A DNA stretch of 64,000 nt, taken from the sequence record PZ386967.1, one strand, 5' to 3'. The first letter of the stretch is position 1. Every line of letters begins with the position of its first letter. This document shows positions 37,219 to 47,200 of the stretch, piece by piece. A program made the position numbers and the translations under genes. The notes under the pieces were generated by a model, which was not told the origin of the DNA, did not search any database, and was given only the letters and a program-made list of their open reading frames with translations. Source of the stretch: a phage.

Positions 37219-37389
37219 TTGCAAATCACTATACCATATAAAGTTTATTGAACAAACATTTATTTTACAACAAACTGTATTGGCGGGGTCTGAGGCTTTT
37301 CACCTCACCTGCTGGGTTTGGCCGCCCAGCCGTTCTCTATGAGGATTCACTGTCCGGACAGCTATCCATTAAACTATCGCCCCTCAATA

Positions 37390-37466
37390 TGGTGATCCTG
37401 ATTGGGTTTGAACCAATGACCAATGAATTATGAGTTCACTGCTCTAACCGACTGAGCTACAGGACC
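37390..37466 (-). tRNA. tRNA-Met (anticodon CAU; initiator, elongator or Ile2 not resolved)
   Basis: Acceptor GGTCCTG/CAGGATC, D-arm TAGCTCAGTCGGTTAGAGCA, anticodon loop CTCATAA, T-loop GGTTCAAACCC, encoded CCA. Confidence 0.8.
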
Positions 37467-37469
37467 AAA

Positions 37470-39285
37470 TTATTGTGTGACCAACCAAGGACTGTCAACC
37501 CTTTATCCCGTTTGTGCATGATCAGTTCATACAGGCCTCTTTGTGCTGCCTCACGGCATGCGCTTCTGTTGGTCATTGGCTTACACTGTGGCCTCACAAC
37601 AGGCGTTTATTTTTCCAGGGCTTTCCACTTACAAGTCTTAACCAGACCGGGATACGGGCTTGTAAGATCGGGTTGGACACAACTTTGAGGACACTGACGA
37701 CGTATACGAGTCACCCATAACAGATATTCGGATGCCAGTGTCCTCAAAGTTGCAACCAATGTCGCAACTCGCAGCTTCCATACAGAAGCAACTTGTCCTC
37801 TAACGCTCGGACCAAACGAGGCTGGCTGGTTGATTCAGAGCCGCTGGTTGCTCCAGCAAGCATGGGTTGATAGCCCGGCAACATAGAATCACCCAAAGAT
37901 GAAGAACATTCATGACTCACATCACACCACGAATGGCCTGAAAGAGAATCGAACTCTTTAAATGCTCTTCATTTTGTGAACTTGAGAATACTACGCCTGT
38001 CTCGGGTTTCCCCTTAGTTCGGCCTCCCAGTCCTCGCCGCGCCGGGTAGCTAACCCTGATGGCTCGTCTGCTACTGAGTTCTTCTTGGTGCCCACCAGTG
38101 TCCGGAATGTGTAGACATCGCAATCTGCAAGGCATGGTCTATTTCACCCAATGCTCTCTCAAGTTCACAAATCGAAGTGCCCTGACTCAACAGTATGGCC
38201 CAATATGCTGTTATCGTCCACCGGATTGGCCGCCCAATTTGTAGATCAACCTTTGGGTTTAAGATAAATTGTCAAGGCACTTCGATTTGTGTGCCCTTCA
38301 CCTGCCAGGGATCAGGGCTGATGGCAAGACTTCGCTCACATCTTTCAAGATACTCGTGAGAATATCCTCAAAGATGTGGAGCCGTTTTAGGGAGTCGAAC
38401 CCAAATGCTCGGCCAGCGCTGACCTTACATCCCATCTGACTTAGGCAACCCACCTCTGCTTACTCAGGAGCTTATCCCCTTTGGACAGTCAGATATAACG
38501 GCATTGTCGACGGGAGCTTATTAATCACACCCTCCCGTCTATTGTTAGTGCGCCGAATTTGTTGATGAGGAATCGGAAGACCTCACTGACTTATAGGCTA
38601 TTACGCCGCCATCAGAACTTCGGAATCATTAGCAGTTATTTGCTTGGTCAGTTTCTAAAACCCGCAAAGTCACGCACAACGAAAACGAAAACCTGTTTGA
38701 GTCCTAAACGTACCTGTCTTGGTCTCACAACACTATGAGTGGCCAGGACTCAAACAGCTTGCCGTTCAGTGGGTTAACTATACTTTGTAACCCGTTATTG
38801 ATAAAACCTTTTATTTTTGTTGGCGAGGGCGTCACCATCGATTTACCGGAACTTACGCATCCGGCCTCGCCTGTTGGTGCTCCTTCGAATCCGGGAAGAT
38901 TAGTAGGAACTATGAATCAAGTTAATTCGACCAACAGGAACCTTGTTGCCCTTTGACGCAACATTATGAACCCTCTGTGAAGACTCATAATGTTGTCGGC
39001 GTGATGGAGATTAGCGCCCCCGACCTCCCCTTATACGTTGGTGTCGACTTGCCAACAGGGTGCTCTCTGATTCTGAGCTAATCACGCTACAACAGGGAGT
39101 TTCGTTCTCCGACGGTCAGTGCGTCCACCGACACCAGCGAGGTTGATATTACGCCTCTATTCGTCACGGTGCCCTGAGACTGGGCTTTCCTGGTTTCGGG
39201 TTCCAACCCTACTCCCACCGCGCTATTCGCCTCGTGTTTAATACTTTACTACAGCCCAACTAATTTGAAAAGTCCTCTCCTCTTT
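37470..39285 (-). ncRNA. candidate structured non-coding RNA locus (unclassified)
   Basis: About 1.8 kb with no credible ORF in any frame, visibly more GC-rich than flanking genes, with several long-range perfect inverted repeats of 12-17 bp; directly downstream of a small ORF and upstream of the tRNAs on the same strand. Strand and boundaries are guesses. Confidence 0.3.
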
Positions 39286-39432
39286 GAGCTACACTGCCCA
39301 CAGCAGTGCGGACGAACCTGAACTCAAAACCGGATGCGCCGAAGTGGGCGTCTGTTTACCGGACTGATCGGGTCGACCCAGGAGAGAGCAGGTAATCCCG
39401 ATCAGAAGGATGAGGAGTAACATCATGTAAAA
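39286..39432 (-). CDS. small hydrophobic peptide (48 aa, below the ORF-track cutoff)
   Basis: Hand-translated MFYMMLLLILLIGITCSLLGRPDQSGKQTPTSAHPVLSSGSSALLWAV with GGAGGG SD 6-8 nt upstream. Confidence 0.3.
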
Positions 39433-39492
39433 CATAGTGTTCCCTCCCTTCCATGCAAATAACTTTACTGCAATTATTTATTGAATAAAGCG

Positions 39493-40062
39493 TTATTTTA
39501 ACACTTCTAACTTCACAACACGACGCAGAAGGTAAACATATTCGCCAGCAGCTTCATGCGTCATATAATGGGTAGAAGGTGTGGAATGAGTGTTCTGGGT
39601 TTCTTTTAATCCAACGCGTTCAGCCCAACCATTAATAGAGTTTCCATAGAAACCGATAATCGCGCCAAAATAAATGCGCCCGCTTTCTGGCTCTAAAACG
39701 TAGTTGACAGTGAAGCAAATGTCCGAACGAATAGACTCCAGTTTCATACCAACACGACCTTCAGAGAATTCGTTACGAACATATAAATGACGGAAACGAT
39801 TACGCCGCGCTTGTGATGATTCTTCCATTTCTTGTCGAAGCGAAGAAGTTATGTCAATATTAAATGAAAATGTTGGATTTCGTAAATCAGAACGGGCCAA
39901 CTCTAAGGCAGATTCAATAACGCGACGGAAATTGATACTTTTACCTGTCAGGCGTTTCACTTCTTCGGTGATTGTTCCAAAAGGGATTTTCGTGGCGCGT
40001 TCCCCTTCGTATTTTGCTAACAAAGGAATAATGTGTTTCATAATTGCTGTGTTAATGTGCAT
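39493..40062 (-). CDS. hypothetical protein in an AT-rich island
   Basis: 189-aa ORF; ATG with GAGG SD; flanks are AT-rich. Confidence 0.45.
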   Translation of the reverse strand: MHINTAIMKHIIPLLAKYEGERATKIPFGTITEEVKRLTGKSINFRRVIESALELARSDLRNPTFSFNIDITSSLRQEMEESSQARRNRFRHLYVRNEFSEGRVGMKLESIRSDICFTVNYVLEPESGRIYFGAIIGFYGNSINGWAERVGLKETQNTHSTPSTHYMTHEAAGEYVYLLRRVVKLEVLK

Positions 40063-40380
40063 TCCGGAGCCTCACTCGATTGATTAAATGTCTCCGTTAT
40101 TATATTGGGAGTATGTTTATTGAATATAAACACAGGAATGACCAACAAAATAGGAGCGCGGTTTATTAATAGGTAAAAACTACTTTTCTACAACATCAAG
40201 AAACTGTATCCTAACGCAGTGCCCTTCGAGTTGTGAGTGTCAACGAACAACGAGAAGCAGCCTCCATGGCTGTGGAATGGTGCTGCCCGCATAGGGCGGT
40301 GTTACGAGCGAGGGCGTCAGCCCCCTCGCGAGTTATATTCGAATAAATTAAACGCGCGCGAGAGTTTTGATTCCCGTTGG

Positions 40381-40388
40381 CTAAATAT
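40381..40388 (+). promoter_or_regulatory. late-promoter-like motif CTAAATAT
   Basis: Located 40 nt upstream of the GGAG SD and ATG of the gp6-like gene. Confidence 0.4.
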
Positions 40389-40427
40389 CTTCAACACCAT
40401 ATTCAAACTCAGGTGATGGAGATTATC

Positions 40428-42206
40428 ATGGCCACGCAAACAGTCCCTTCACTCGATGTCAGGGCTTTCGAGTATCTTATCAAGAAGCGCATGAAAGCTG
40501 ATCCAACTTTCAAGGATTATGACTTTGAAGGTTCTGGTCTCAGTGCAATCGTGCGTATCTTGGCCTCGGATGCCAACTCTATCGGGTTCATGCAGAACAT
40601 GCTGAATGGCGAAAGCCATCTTCACTCTGCTCAACAGCGTTCTAATGTCGGTCTTGCGGCCGGGTTCTTGTCGTACACCCCTCACAACTACCAGGCGGCG
40701 TACCTGTACGCAAACGTCACAGTCACTCCATATGACGCCAGCACGGCTCCGGACACGATTATAATGGATCGCCGCGCGATGTTCATTGGGGCGAAGGATG
40801 GCAAATCCTACAACTTCACGGTTGACCAACCTGTGAGTGCCTCTCTTGTAGACGGCTCTTACAAGTTCGAGAACATCAAACTCGTACAGGGCAACTGGCT
40901 ATACAAGTCCTATGACGTGGAAGGCAGCGCGATCTCTACCTATGTGATCCCATCTTCTTCCGTGGACATCGACCATATGGTGGTGCAGGTGCAGGAATCT
41001 GAGACATCTGACGTGCGGTCTACCTTCTCACGATATGTCAGCCCGTTCGATTTGAGCCAGTATGCGCAACTCTACTTCGTTGAGCTGGGGTTGGACGGGA
41101 TGTATACGTTCGAATTCGGTGATGGGTATATCTGTAAGCGAGTAGAAGACGGGAACGTCGTGTACCTCCAGTATCTGGAGACAGCTGGTGCGGACGGCAA
41201 TGACATCACTGCCTTGTCCTCCGCGTCTTCCATCGGGGGATTCAACCTTGTAGATGTTGAGCTGGTGTCAGAACGTTCTTCCGGTGGTGCGGACCCGGAG
41301 AGCATTGAGGACATCAAGCGCCTTGCTCCGCTGGCTTATCAGGCTGAGGGTGCGGCGGTAGCTGAAGTCGATTATGCTGTGTTGACCGAGCGTCTGTTCT
41401 CCAACGTCTCCCGCGCCAAAGCATATGGCGGAGACACGCTCTCTCCGCCCGACTCCGGATACGTTTACATTGCTGTGGTGCCTTCTGTTGGTGAGACGCT
41501 CTCGGACGCCGAGAAGGCAGATATCGTGGCGAAGTTGGACAAGTACAATGTGGGCACGATCACACCCAAGATTGTCGACGCTGAACTGACTTATGTTGAT
41601 GTCACCACCCGCGTGTTCTGGGATCCGACTTCCACGACTTACACCGAAGAGCAGTTGAAGACAGTCGTGAAGAACGGTGTTGTCAACTGGGGCTTGGGGA
41701 ACCTAGAAGGATTCGACGAACTGTTCGATAAAGAGCAGTTGCAGTCGGCCATCACCGACATGGACAGATCGATAGTGTCAAACATCACTTCTGTGAAGTA
41801 TAAGCGCCATTTCAAGCCAGACTATGGGGTACTGGACAGCTTCACATTCGATTATGGGCGCTCGATTGCGTCTGGTTCTGTGCGTATCAGTGGGTTTAAG
41901 CCGCTTCCGGCCGAGGTCGAATTCACTTACTACATACGCGACGTCAGTGGTGTCCTGAATATGTACAAGGTGAGTACAACAGACACGACCAAGGAATATC
42001 TGGTACAAGCTGTTGGAATGGTTGATTATGTGACTGGCGTTGTTGAACTCCAGCGTATCATAGTATCCAACTACAACACTGAGGGTGTGACAATAATTGT
42101 GTCTCCAGACGGTCTTGACCAGAACATACAGGCCACACAGAATCAGGTGCTCCGCATCGGTGCTGTAACTGTGGAGCCGGAGGTGCGTTATGTCCAAAGA
42201 TCTTAA
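40428..42206 (+). CDS. 6: baseplate wedge protein (T4 gp6-like, Baseplate_J family)
   Basis: N-terminal DYDFEGSGLSAIVRILA matches recalled T4 gp6 (DYDFEGSRLNVLCDLLA); start moved to ATG 40428 with GGAG SD (ORF-track start is TTG). Confidence 0.7.
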   Translation: MATQTVPSLDVRAFEYLIKKRMKADPTFKDYDFEGSGLSAIVRILASDANSIGFMQNMLNGESHLHSAQQRSNVGLAAGFLSYTPHNYQAAYLYANVTVTPYDASTAPDTIIMDRRAMFIGAKDGKSYNFTVDQPVSASLVDGSYKFENIKLVQGNWLYKSYDVEGSAISTYVIPSSSVDIDHMVVQVQESETSDVRSTFSRYVSPFDLSQYAQLYFVELGLDGMYTFEFGDGYICKRVEDGNVVYLQYLETAGADGNDITALSSASSIGGFNLVDVELVSERSSGGADPESIEDIKRLAPLAYQAEGAAVAEVDYAVLTERLFSNVSRAKAYGGDTLSPPDSGYVYIAVVPSVGETLSDAEKADIVAKLDKYNVGTITPKIVDAELTYVDVTTRVFWDPTSTTYTEEQLKTVVKNGVVNWGLGNLEGFDELFDKEQLQSAITDMDRSIVSNITSVKYKRHFKPDYGVLDSFTFDYGRSIASGSVRISGFKPLPAEVEFTYYIRDVSGVLNMYKVSTTDTTKEYLVQAVGMVDYVTGVVELQRIIVSNYNTEGVTIIVSPDGLDQNIQATQNQVLRIGAVTVEPEVRYVQRS

Positions 42207-43044
42207 TAACGGACACAATGGGGTGAAATATGAAACCCCATTGTTTTACCAGAATGAATTCCCAGTATTCATCGAGTTTATGGATACGTTCTTCAACTGG
42301 TTGTATCGCCAGCAGGGATTCACCGAAGAGGAGATCTTGGCGTATCTGGCAGACACTGGTGGCTGGGTGAACCCAAATACGGATCAGTCTCCTATTGAGC
42401 AGTTGATTGACATCAAGAAGCGCAAGACGCCAGGTACTGAGGCCAAAGACTTCTTGGAAGACAAGTTCCTGACGCGCACGTTTGAGAACATGATGGCGCT
42501 AGACTTCGAAGATTTGCTGGACGTGGACGGTCGGCCATTAATCTCAATGGAAGACAAGAACGAACGCATCGACGATTGGTATGCTGATTTTGGATTCCAG
42601 AGAACGGTTGATAAGTCCTTCCTGGAGTTCGGGAAGTTTGTGCCAGTTGGTTCGGACAGTTTGGTGACTTCAGACGGAGACACTCTCTCTGTGTATGTCG
42701 AGGGAACTGAACGCCGGACACTGGACCATGTACGCTGGTTGAAGTTACTTAAACACATTTATCGCATTCGCGGGACGAAGAAAGCGATTGAATTGTTCTT
42801 CTGGATTTACTTTGGTTGCCCAGTGAGTGTGTATTATCCCAAGGAAGAAATTGGTGGCCTGGATGACAACTTTGAATGTGACGGCGCGACAGGAATGCGT
42901 GACGATTACTACTATGATGAATTCACGTATGTGATAAGAGTTCCTGGCAACGTATCTGATTTTGAAGGTGTGTTTGATCGCGTCTTCCGTCAGCATTTCC
43001 ATCCTGCTGGGTTTACTGTATTCCTAGAAAGTTCAAGGAGTTAA
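42190..43044 (+). CDS. putative baseplate protein
   Basis: 284-aa ORF translationally coupled to the gp6-like gene; GGAGGTG SD; function from synteny only. Confidence 0.4.
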   Translation: MSKDLNNGHNGVKYETPLFYQNEFPVFIEFMDTFFNWLYRQQGFTEEEILAYLADTGGWVNPNTDQSPIEQLIDIKKRKTPGTEAKDFLEDKFLTRTFENMMALDFEDLLDVDGRPLISMEDKNERIDDWYADFGFQRTVDKSFLEFGKFVPVGSDSLVTSDGDTLSVYVEGTERRTLDHVRWLKLLKHIYRIRGTKKAIELFFWIYFGCPVSVYYPKEEIGGLDDNFECDGATGMRDDYYYDEFTYVIRVPGNVSDFEGVFDRVFRQHFHPAGFTVFLESSRS

Positions 43045-43045
43045 A

Positions 43046-44236
43046 ATGGCCGATTTTCTGAGTCGATACACAGGTCAGCAGATTGATGCAATCCTTTCTT
43101 CTGTTGACGATAAAATAAGCAAGACTGATGTTGTCAACGATTTCGCTGTTGATGATCCGTTGTTCCCTCCTTCAGCTCATTTGACATACGAGCTGAAGCG
43201 TTCTGTGGATAAAATCTACGACACACTGGAAAACAAAGTGATCCGCACCGACGGTGGTGAACAAACGATCAACGGGAACAAGACCTTTGCTGCGTTATTG
43301 ACAGCCAACGGCGGCCTGACTGTTCCGGCTGGGAAGAAACTGTCTATCGCGGATGAGCCTATAGTAGCGACAGATGGTGTTAACCTGAGCATGTTGAGAA
43401 AGCATGGTGTCAGTGAAGACACTACCCCGCCTGGTTCTGGTTTGGCTGGGGAGTTGTTGACATCCGGATATTACAAATTCAATTTGGATTTCACCAGATT
43501 GTCTGCGTATACCGGATCAACGTTGCCGACTTCAATTCCAGTACAAACAGATTCTGGAGCGCGTTATTGGACAATGACTGCATTTTTTGATGCGTTGTTC
43601 GCAGACAACCGATTTAATGGATATGTGACAACGACAGCGTATGACGCAGATATGCTGAGTCTAGAGTCCCAGATTAATAACATCAACACATCGTTGAACG
43701 GGAAAGTCAACACATCGACTTACAACACTAAGATGGCGTCGTTGGATTTGAGTATCTCCAATATCAATACGTCTCTGGGTAATAAAGTCGAGGTCAGCAC
43801 GTACAACACGAAGATGACATCTCTGGATAACAGCATCAGTTCTCTTTCCAGTGATAAAGTTAATGTATCAACGTATAATGCCAAGATGACCTCTGTCGAC
43901 AATAGTTTAGGGAACGCCGTTTATCGTACCAAAACGAATTTGTCTTCTTACACGGTTTCGGCTTCTGGGACGACGGCTCTTCCAGATTTTGATTTGGTGA
44001 ACCTTTGTCAAATACTGGTGACCGCGCAATGGGGAACAGGTAACGTTGTTGATACATATCGAGTAACCATAACTCGCGACGGAACTATCAAATCGGAGTT
44101 GTTGGTTCAGAAAAGTACGAGCGGTACAGTGACGTTCACAGGGGCTGTGGTGGGTGGTAAATTGAGAATTTCCGTTGTTAATGCGAATACAACAACTGCT
44201 TGTTCGGTCGATTATTCTATTGTAGCTTCTTTCTAA
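43046..44236 (+). CDS. tail-fibre-like protein with tandem ~25-aa repeats
   Basis: Three to four tandem repeats of the form VxxSTYNTKMxSLDxSIS...; start 2 nt after the previous stop. Confidence 0.5.
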   Translation: MADFLSRYTGQQIDAILSSVDDKISKTDVVNDFAVDDPLFPPSAHLTYELKRSVDKIYDTLENKVIRTDGGEQTINGNKTFAALLTANGGLTVPAGKKLSIADEPIVATDGVNLSMLRKHGVSEDTTPPGSGLAGELLTSGYYKFNLDFTRLSAYTGSTLPTSIPVQTDSGARYWTMTAFFDALFADNRFNGYVTTTAYDADMLSLESQINNINTSLNGKVNTSTYNTKMASLDLSISNINTSLGNKVEVSTYNTKMTSLDNSISSLSSDKVNVSTYNAKMTSVDNSLGNAVYRTKTNLSSYTVSASGTTALPDFDLVNLCQILVTAQWGTGNVVDTYRVTITRDGTIKSELLVQKSTSGTVTFTGAVVGGKLRISVVNANTTTACSVDYSIVASF

Positions 44237-44243
44237 AGTGAAA

Positions 44244-44283
44244 ACTAAATACCCCTAGATGAAACGAACACATTTAGGGGTAT
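44244..44283 (+). promoter_or_regulatory. late-promoter-like motif ACTAAATAC plus 5' leader hairpin
   Basis: CTAAATA core, then inverted repeat ATACCCCTA / TAGGGGTAT whose 3' arm holds the only G-rich SD-like sequence before ATG 44289. Confidence 0.45.
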
Positions 44284-44288
44284 TTGAA

Positions 44289-47200
44289 ATGGCTAATAAA
44301 CCAACACAGCCTGTTTTCCCTCTCGGTCTGGTGGCTGAAGAGCAGTCTACTTTGGCTGGTGTCGTCAACACGGGTACGATTGAGCATGGACCAGATGCTG
44401 TCCTGACTTTACCCGAGGGTAATGCCAGCGCAGGACTCCCGTCTTCCGTTCGCTACAATGCCGACTCCGACGAATTTGAGGGCTTCTATGAAAATGGTGG
44501 ATGGTTGCCGCTGGGTGGCGGTGGTATCCGCTGGGAAGTCCTTCCGCATGCCTCTACGGTAATGCTCACTGAAGGGCGAGGCTATCTCATTAATAATACC
44601 ACAGGGGCATCTACAGTGGTTCTCCCTTCCCCTACGCGTATTGGGGATTCCGTTACTATTTGTGATGCTTATGGGAAATTTGCCACTTACCCATTGACCG
44701 TGTCTCCTTCTGGAAATAATTTGTATGGCTCCACTGAAGACATGGCTATAACAACTGATAACGTATCAGCAACGTTCACTTGGTCTGGACCTGAACAAGG
44801 TTGGATTATTACATCCGGCGTCGGTCTTGGCCAAGGCCGTGTCTACAGTCGTGAAATCTTTACAAAAATTTTGGCGTCTGAAACAAGTACTGTCACTCTC
44901 AATACTCCACCAACAATCGTGGACGTGTATGCTGACGGAAAACGCCTTGCGGAATCCAAATATTCACTAGATGGGAATGTAATCACTTTCAGTCCTTCTT
45001 TGCCAGCCAGCACAGAACTTCAGGTGATTGAATATACTCCTATTCAATTGGGTAATGGCGGTGGTTCTAGTTCTTCTACGATTACTTGGGTCTATAATGG
45101 GGGTTCAGCGATTGGCGGTGAAACCGAAATCACGTTGGACGTCGTTGTTGATGATGTTCCGGCCATTGATATAAACGGAAGTCGTCAGTATAAAAATCTG
45201 GGATTCACATTCGATCCATTAACCAGTAAAATCACTCTGGCGCAAGAACTGGAACCAGAAGATGAAGTTGTTGTAATCATCAATGGAACACCAAACATCT
45301 ATAATCAAATTGATCATACTTTGCGGGAAGTGGCTCGTGTAACCAATGTTAAAGATACAGAGGTCGTTTATTTTAGTGTTGGTGCTGTGCTAAGCGGGTA
45401 TAAAGTTATCTATGATAAAGTAACACAGAGATCATATTTTATTCCAGAGCTACCGACTGGAACCACGGCAGTCAGCCTTAGTTCTTCGGCTGTACTTGTG
45501 CATTCTGCTGGTAGTGTTGATCTGGGCGCATTAGCCGTATCTCGTGAGGAGTATGTGACCTTACCTGGTTCATTCGATACAGGTGTAACTGTTAATACCA
45601 AGAATGAGTTGGTTGTGAGTAACGATATTAAATATCGTTGGGATGGTTCTGTACCCAAAGTAGTCCCTCCAGAATCTACCCCATTGGGTACAGGAGGTGT
45701 TGGTCCAGGGGCATGGCTTGTAGTTGGTGTTGTTGGATTAGAGCAACGTTTAGCCTCCTGGAAAGGTTCTTCTCTTATTGATTCCGGTAGTCTGTCTCTT
45801 TACAAAAAGAGCGGTGTATTCGGTGATGGTGGGAATGTATCCGATAAATATCAGGTTGTTCTACATTCAGATGGGTTCTGGTACAAGTACAATGGGACAC
45901 TACCTGTTAGTTATGGTGCTGCCCCAGACTCTTCTTGGACTAACGTTGGTAAGCTAACAGGGTTTAATGAACACTCACCTGAGAATTTTGGTGCAATCCC
46001 CAATGACCCTAGTTTTGACTGTTTACCTGCTATAAAACTAGCTATAGCCACAGGTACATTAAATCTGAATGGGAATTCTACCTACCACGTAACGGATGAG
46101 GTTGTTATACCTTCTTACTTACGTGGGAATCTAAACGGGGCAACAATTAAAGCAATTGGCTCCGTATGGCCTACGTTAAAAGCTGTTGTACGCGTTAGTA
46201 AATTTCCTGTCGGTACAGCAACAGTGGATGTGGCTAATACAGAGAATCAAGTGCGAGGATTACGCTTAATCGGTAGCTTAAACGTAGACTGTGCAGATAT
46301 TGCATCATATGGTTTTTATGCACGTCTTCTGTGTGCAGAATCTGAGATGGGTAGCATCTATGCATATAATGCTAATAGATATGGCATTGTAATGTTTGCT
46401 TGCTGGTATTTTCAAATGGGCACTCTCCATGCAAACAACTGTGCAAGGGGTATGGCATTAGGTTATTCAACAGAAGGTGAGCAAGGGGATACCTATGTGA
46501 ATGCTACACACTTCCCTCACATTAGTGCATGGGGTACTGATAAGTCTACGGGACTAGGTTATGACCCAATCACGGATGATGCGAGTAAATATACAATAGG
46601 TGCTGGTATTATCTTAGGTCGTGGTTTGTCTACCAGTGTTGGTGTGATTTGCTCTGAGAATACGGCAGGTGCTGGGGTAGTAACAATGGACCCTGCTGCG
46701 TGGGACATTGGGGTCATGTACTGTGAGGGTAATAGTAAAGACTTTACTCAAGAGGGTGAACCCAAGGTGTCATTGCTGTCATCCAAGGCCAACAGTGAAA
46801 GTCATACGCTTACCATCTCCACACTCCACCTTTCCGCAGGTTGTGGCATTTTAACCAGAAGCAATCAAGAGCGTGTGCTAATCAGAAGTCTATATCGCTT
46901 TGATAACGCAAAAACCTTCCACTCTTACTGCACAGCAGACACAGTAGAGGTTGGTAGCAGCAACTACTATGTACTTAACGGGCATAATTACAATGCACCT
47001 GCTGCACTTATTAAGGAACCGCTCAATGTAGACTTTGTGCGTTCAGGGTTGACTTTAAGTGAGTGGACATCTACAGTTATCGGTCATTTTGCTGGTAGTA
47101 CAGCAGAACAACAGCTTTATGTTAAGCTCCCAGCAAGTCCCAGCGGCCTAGATTTACAGATAGATAGTGAGGATGGGACGGAATATATCACTGTAACTGG

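Noticed and set aside
37219-37389. A tRNA between tRNA-Asn and tRNA-Met (minus strand starts GGGGCGATAG... and ends ...ACCCCGCCA)
   Set aside because: The ends are mirror-like rather than complementary (only 4 bp pair) and the T-loop is non-canonical; more likely two simple hairpins.
36614-37720. Plus-strand ORFs in the ORF track (36614..36997, 36751..36987, 37248..37433, 37473..37688, 37514..37720)
   Set aside because: They overlap confidently folded minus-strand tRNA genes or GC-rich structured sequence, lack SD sequences, overlap each other in different frames and have low-complexity Arg/Pro/Ser-rich translations typical of non-coding GC-rich DNA.
37917-38956. ORF-track ORFs inside the non-coding island (37917..38135 minus, 38059..38244 plus, 38735..38956 plus)
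   Set aside because: Each is short (61-73 aa), has no ribosome-binding site, and spans the long inverted repeats; treated as chance frames in structured RNA or DNA.
37470-39285. CRISPR array in the ORF-free island
   Set aside because: No direct repeats of 24-40 nt with regular spacing are present; the repeats found are inverted, not direct.
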